In this document: piece after piece, positions 60,986 through 64,000 of the stretch
How the letters are laid out: every line of letters begins with the position of its first letter
Position numbering within the stretch: position 1 is the stretch's first letter
DNA from: Stegostoma tigrinum
Taxonomy: Eukaryota
Reading direction: 5' to 3'
DNA: 64,000 nt
NCBI RefSeq assembly: GCF_030684315.1
Contig: NC_081396.1
Location: 434,001-498,000 of the forward strand
Made by a program: the position numbers and the translations under genes
The notes under the pieces: model-generated
The model's database searches: none
Seen by the model: the letters and a program-made list of their open reading frames with translations, nothing else
What the model was told of the DNA's origin: nothing

Positions 60986-61445
60986 CTCTCAAACACCACC
61001 TCCCCCACCCCGCAGACAAATCCAACACACACTCACATACACTTAGTCGCACATACACGTCAGCTATTGTATCACTAAATGCTTGTATCACCACAGAAAG
61101 CTCTCCCAAACATCATCTCCTCTCATTCTCCAACAATAAAGAGCAGCTCACCACTAACTTTCCTCATTGTTGGATGTGTCATTGTGTGTAAGTGAGGGTG
61201 CTTTTGACTTCGGNNNNNNNNNNNNNNNNNNNNNNNNNNNNNNNNNNNNNNNNNNNNNNNNNNNNNNNNNNNNNNNNNNNNNNNNNNNNNNNNNNNNNNN
61301 NNNNNNNNNNNNNNNNNNNNNNNNNNNNNNNNNNNNNNNNNNNNNNNNNNNNNNNNNNNNNNNNNNNNNNGCGTGCGCACTTGTGTGTGTGTCTGTCTGA
61401 CTGTGTGTGTGTGTGCGCACGTGTGTGTGTGAACTCTCACTGTTT
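60770..61445. repeat. (TC)n/(CA)n/(GT)n microsatellite region around an assembly gap (N at 61214-61370)
   Basis: Directly visible. Confidence 0.95.
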
Positions 61446-62170
61446 GAACATAGAACACAGAACAGTAAAACACAGCACAGGGCCTTCGGCCCACCACGTT
61501 GTGCCAACCTATTATCCTACTAAGATCAAACTACCCTGCATCCCCTACATTTTACTATCCTCCATGTGCCTATCCAAGGGTCGCATAAAAGTCTCTGAAG
61601 TATCTGACATCACTGCCATTGCCGACAGCAAATTCCAAACGCCCACCACTCTCTGTGTGAAGAACCTACCTCTGACATTTCCCCTATACCTTTCTCCAAT
61701 CACCTTAAAATTATTCCCCCTCATAATAGTCATTTCCACCCTGGGAAAAAGTCTCCAACTATCCACTCTATCGATGCCTCTCGACATCTTGTACACCTCT
61801 ATCAAGTCACCTCACATCCTTCTTTGTTCCAATGAGAAAAGCCATAACTCTCTCAAACTTTCTTCATAAGACCTGCCCTCCAGTCCATGCAGCATCCTGG
61901 TAAATCTCCTCTGCACCCTCTCTAAAACTTCCATCTCTTTCCTACAATGAGGTCACGAGAACTGAACACAGTTTTCCAAGTGGGATCTAAACAGAGTTTT
62001 ATACAGCTGCAACATAACCTCACGGCTCTTCAACTCAATTCCCCTGCCAATGAAAGCCAACACACGTGGACCCCAAGATCCGTCTGTTCCAACATACTGC
62101 CAAGAATCCTGCCATTAACCCTGTATTCTGCACTCAAATTTGACATTCCAAAATGAGTCACTTCACACGT
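61446..62170 (-). mobile_element. 5'-truncated CR1 LINE
   Basis: IEVYKMSRGIDRVD...FFTQRVVGVWN on minus strand. Tail reads gaacatagaacacagaacagt on plus. Confidence 0.9.
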
Positions 62171-64000
62171 TTTGACATAGGCTCAACTTTTTTTACTTTG
62201 TGTTGGTTTATGTACTGAATAACAAATACCCGGGAATGAGTAACAGGGAGGAATCTAATCGAGGAATTCTAGGGTGGTTTATATACAGAGTAACAGGTAG
62301 CCAGGAGTGAGTTTCAGGCAGAAATCTAATCGAGGTAGTTGTGGGTTTATATTCAGAGTGAACAATGATACTCACAATTACTTACAATCTCTTATTGTGC
62401 TGTCTACATCTTGCACAAAGTTGTAGAAGCAATACAAACATCATGTGATGCAGCATCACCTCCTCTGATAATGTGTGCTGTGTCTGATTAGCACGTTACA
62501 CCGGTAGAATTAACAGTATCTCCGACAAATCCAAAGTTAAAGTTGTTTCTGTAAATGGTAAACAACATCACTTTCCAGCATTTGCCAACCCGATTAGCAT
62601 CCTTTTACCAGAATTCACAGTTTTCTGTTTTATAGCCAGCTGGTTATTTATCCCACTGTTGTCCGCAGATTCACACAGTTTGGTCTTTGCAATGTAATGT
62701 CATCTAGCAGGTCTTTTGTAAACGCAAGTGTGTTTCTGTATATCTATTGCATTAACCTCATGTACCCTTCCTCATACCTTTTCAAAGAATTCAATCTGGT
62801 TAGTCAGGAATTTTTACTTCCATTCTGACTGCAATTTGTCATATTTATTGTTGATTTTTTTCTGTTACATTTTTCAGGAAGGGCTCCAGGACCTTTCTCA
62901 CAAATTATATGAACCTTTTCTGTGTGAATGAATGTTTGTAAAAGTGTTGATGCAATTCAGCCAGACCAACAGCACCGTGTATTCTGCATTGCCCTGCACT
63001 ATTCCTTCCCTGGGTGTGCTCGCTGTTCAACGAGTTACAGAAGTGATTCAAATGTAGAATATCAGATATATGTTTATAAATTCATGGAAAAGGAATAATG
63101 TCGGAGAATGAGCAAAAAGCTGATGTGATTTGTATTTTTAAAACTGGAGACAGATTGAAACCTTCACGAATCTCTCAAGGAACTGCTCTGGCTCTCCAGA
63201 AGCACAATGATTGTTTATGATCAATGTTTGACAGATGTTCGAAACTCAGTGATAACATCAAGATTAGTTCCTTCTCCTTCCACTTCCTCTCAGAGATCAC
63301 AGTCAGGTTTAATCTGAGCAGGGGGGCCTCCCAGAGGGACTTAGTTACTAAACGGAATAAGTACATTGATACTGATATGGAAATATAATTCTGATTCTAT
63401 TCTTTGCTCCAACAGACAGGTATAGATTTACTGAAAGGTGACAGACTGGCAGAACTGAAACTAATTGCGACATTACTGTTTCAGCCCCATGTTAGAACTT
63501 ACCCCAGCCCGCAATGAACATTCGGACTTTTCTCTGAAGCATGCCCAAGGAAGGTATGGACAGGAAATTGGATTAATGTACAGAAAATGTTATCGTCCAA
63601 AGTTAAAGCTCTTAGCTTATGAAAAGAATATTCTGGAGGGAATCTATTAGTGTGGGATTGTACATAGAATGAAGGAAGTCTATAGAATCACTGTCCAAAA
63701 GTGAGGGTCCTGTAGAGAAATACAGTTACAGTGTGGGACTGTACAATGATTGATGGAACACTACGGAAACGCAGTTGCAGCAAGTGACAAAAACAGCCAA
63801 GGCATAATAAAGGATTGCGAGGATATAAGGCGTTGAAGCAGAATACCCCACAGTGTGGAATATTAATGACAGCGTGCACACACACATTAGAAGATGTCCA
63901 GAAGCACAAAATGGAAGACACAAAGAATTACCACTCCCTGCTTTGAGAAACTGCAGAGGCTTGTCTTCAGCTGAAGAATAAAGGGAAGGGAGACTGCACG

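Noticed and set aside
46130-64000. Host protein-coding genes upstream of the cluster
   Set aside because: The ORFs are TE fragments, low-complexity or random. I saw no coherent exon chain and no second V, D or J.

Overview
Eukaryotic, repeat-rich DNA from a cartilaginous fish. The HE1-type SINEs and CR1 LINEs suggest a shark, possibly a carpet/bamboo shark (inference). The only host gene is one complete, apparently intact, unrearranged immunoglobulin heavy-chain cluster of the IgW (IgD-orthologous) class on the minus strand, about 23.5-45.6 kb. It comprises a leader, V(23-RSS), (12)D1(23), (12)D2(12), (23)J, a 7.3 kb J-C intron, CH1, CH2, a cysteine-rich 'IgW-short' secretory tail exon, CH3-CH5, CH6 with the long-form secretory tail, TM1 and TM2. 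I read all exon borders by hand; they are GT-AG and in frame. Several pieces (leader, D1, D2, J, short tail, TM1, TM2) are missing from the ORF track. The flanks and introns are degenerate transposons: Tx1-like, CR1 and L2-like LINEs, Ty3/Gypsy remnants, tRNA-derived SINEs, and Penelope-derived elements with inverted ends and decayed hammerhead-like cores. I found no convincing new biological system. The most interesting unexplained signals are a self-complementary ~41-bp repeat in the TM1-TM2 intron, an ~84-bp GATA/E-box minisatellite next to the V promoter, a long inverted repeat in the J-C intron, and candidate B-cell enhancers. TE boundaries are approximate.
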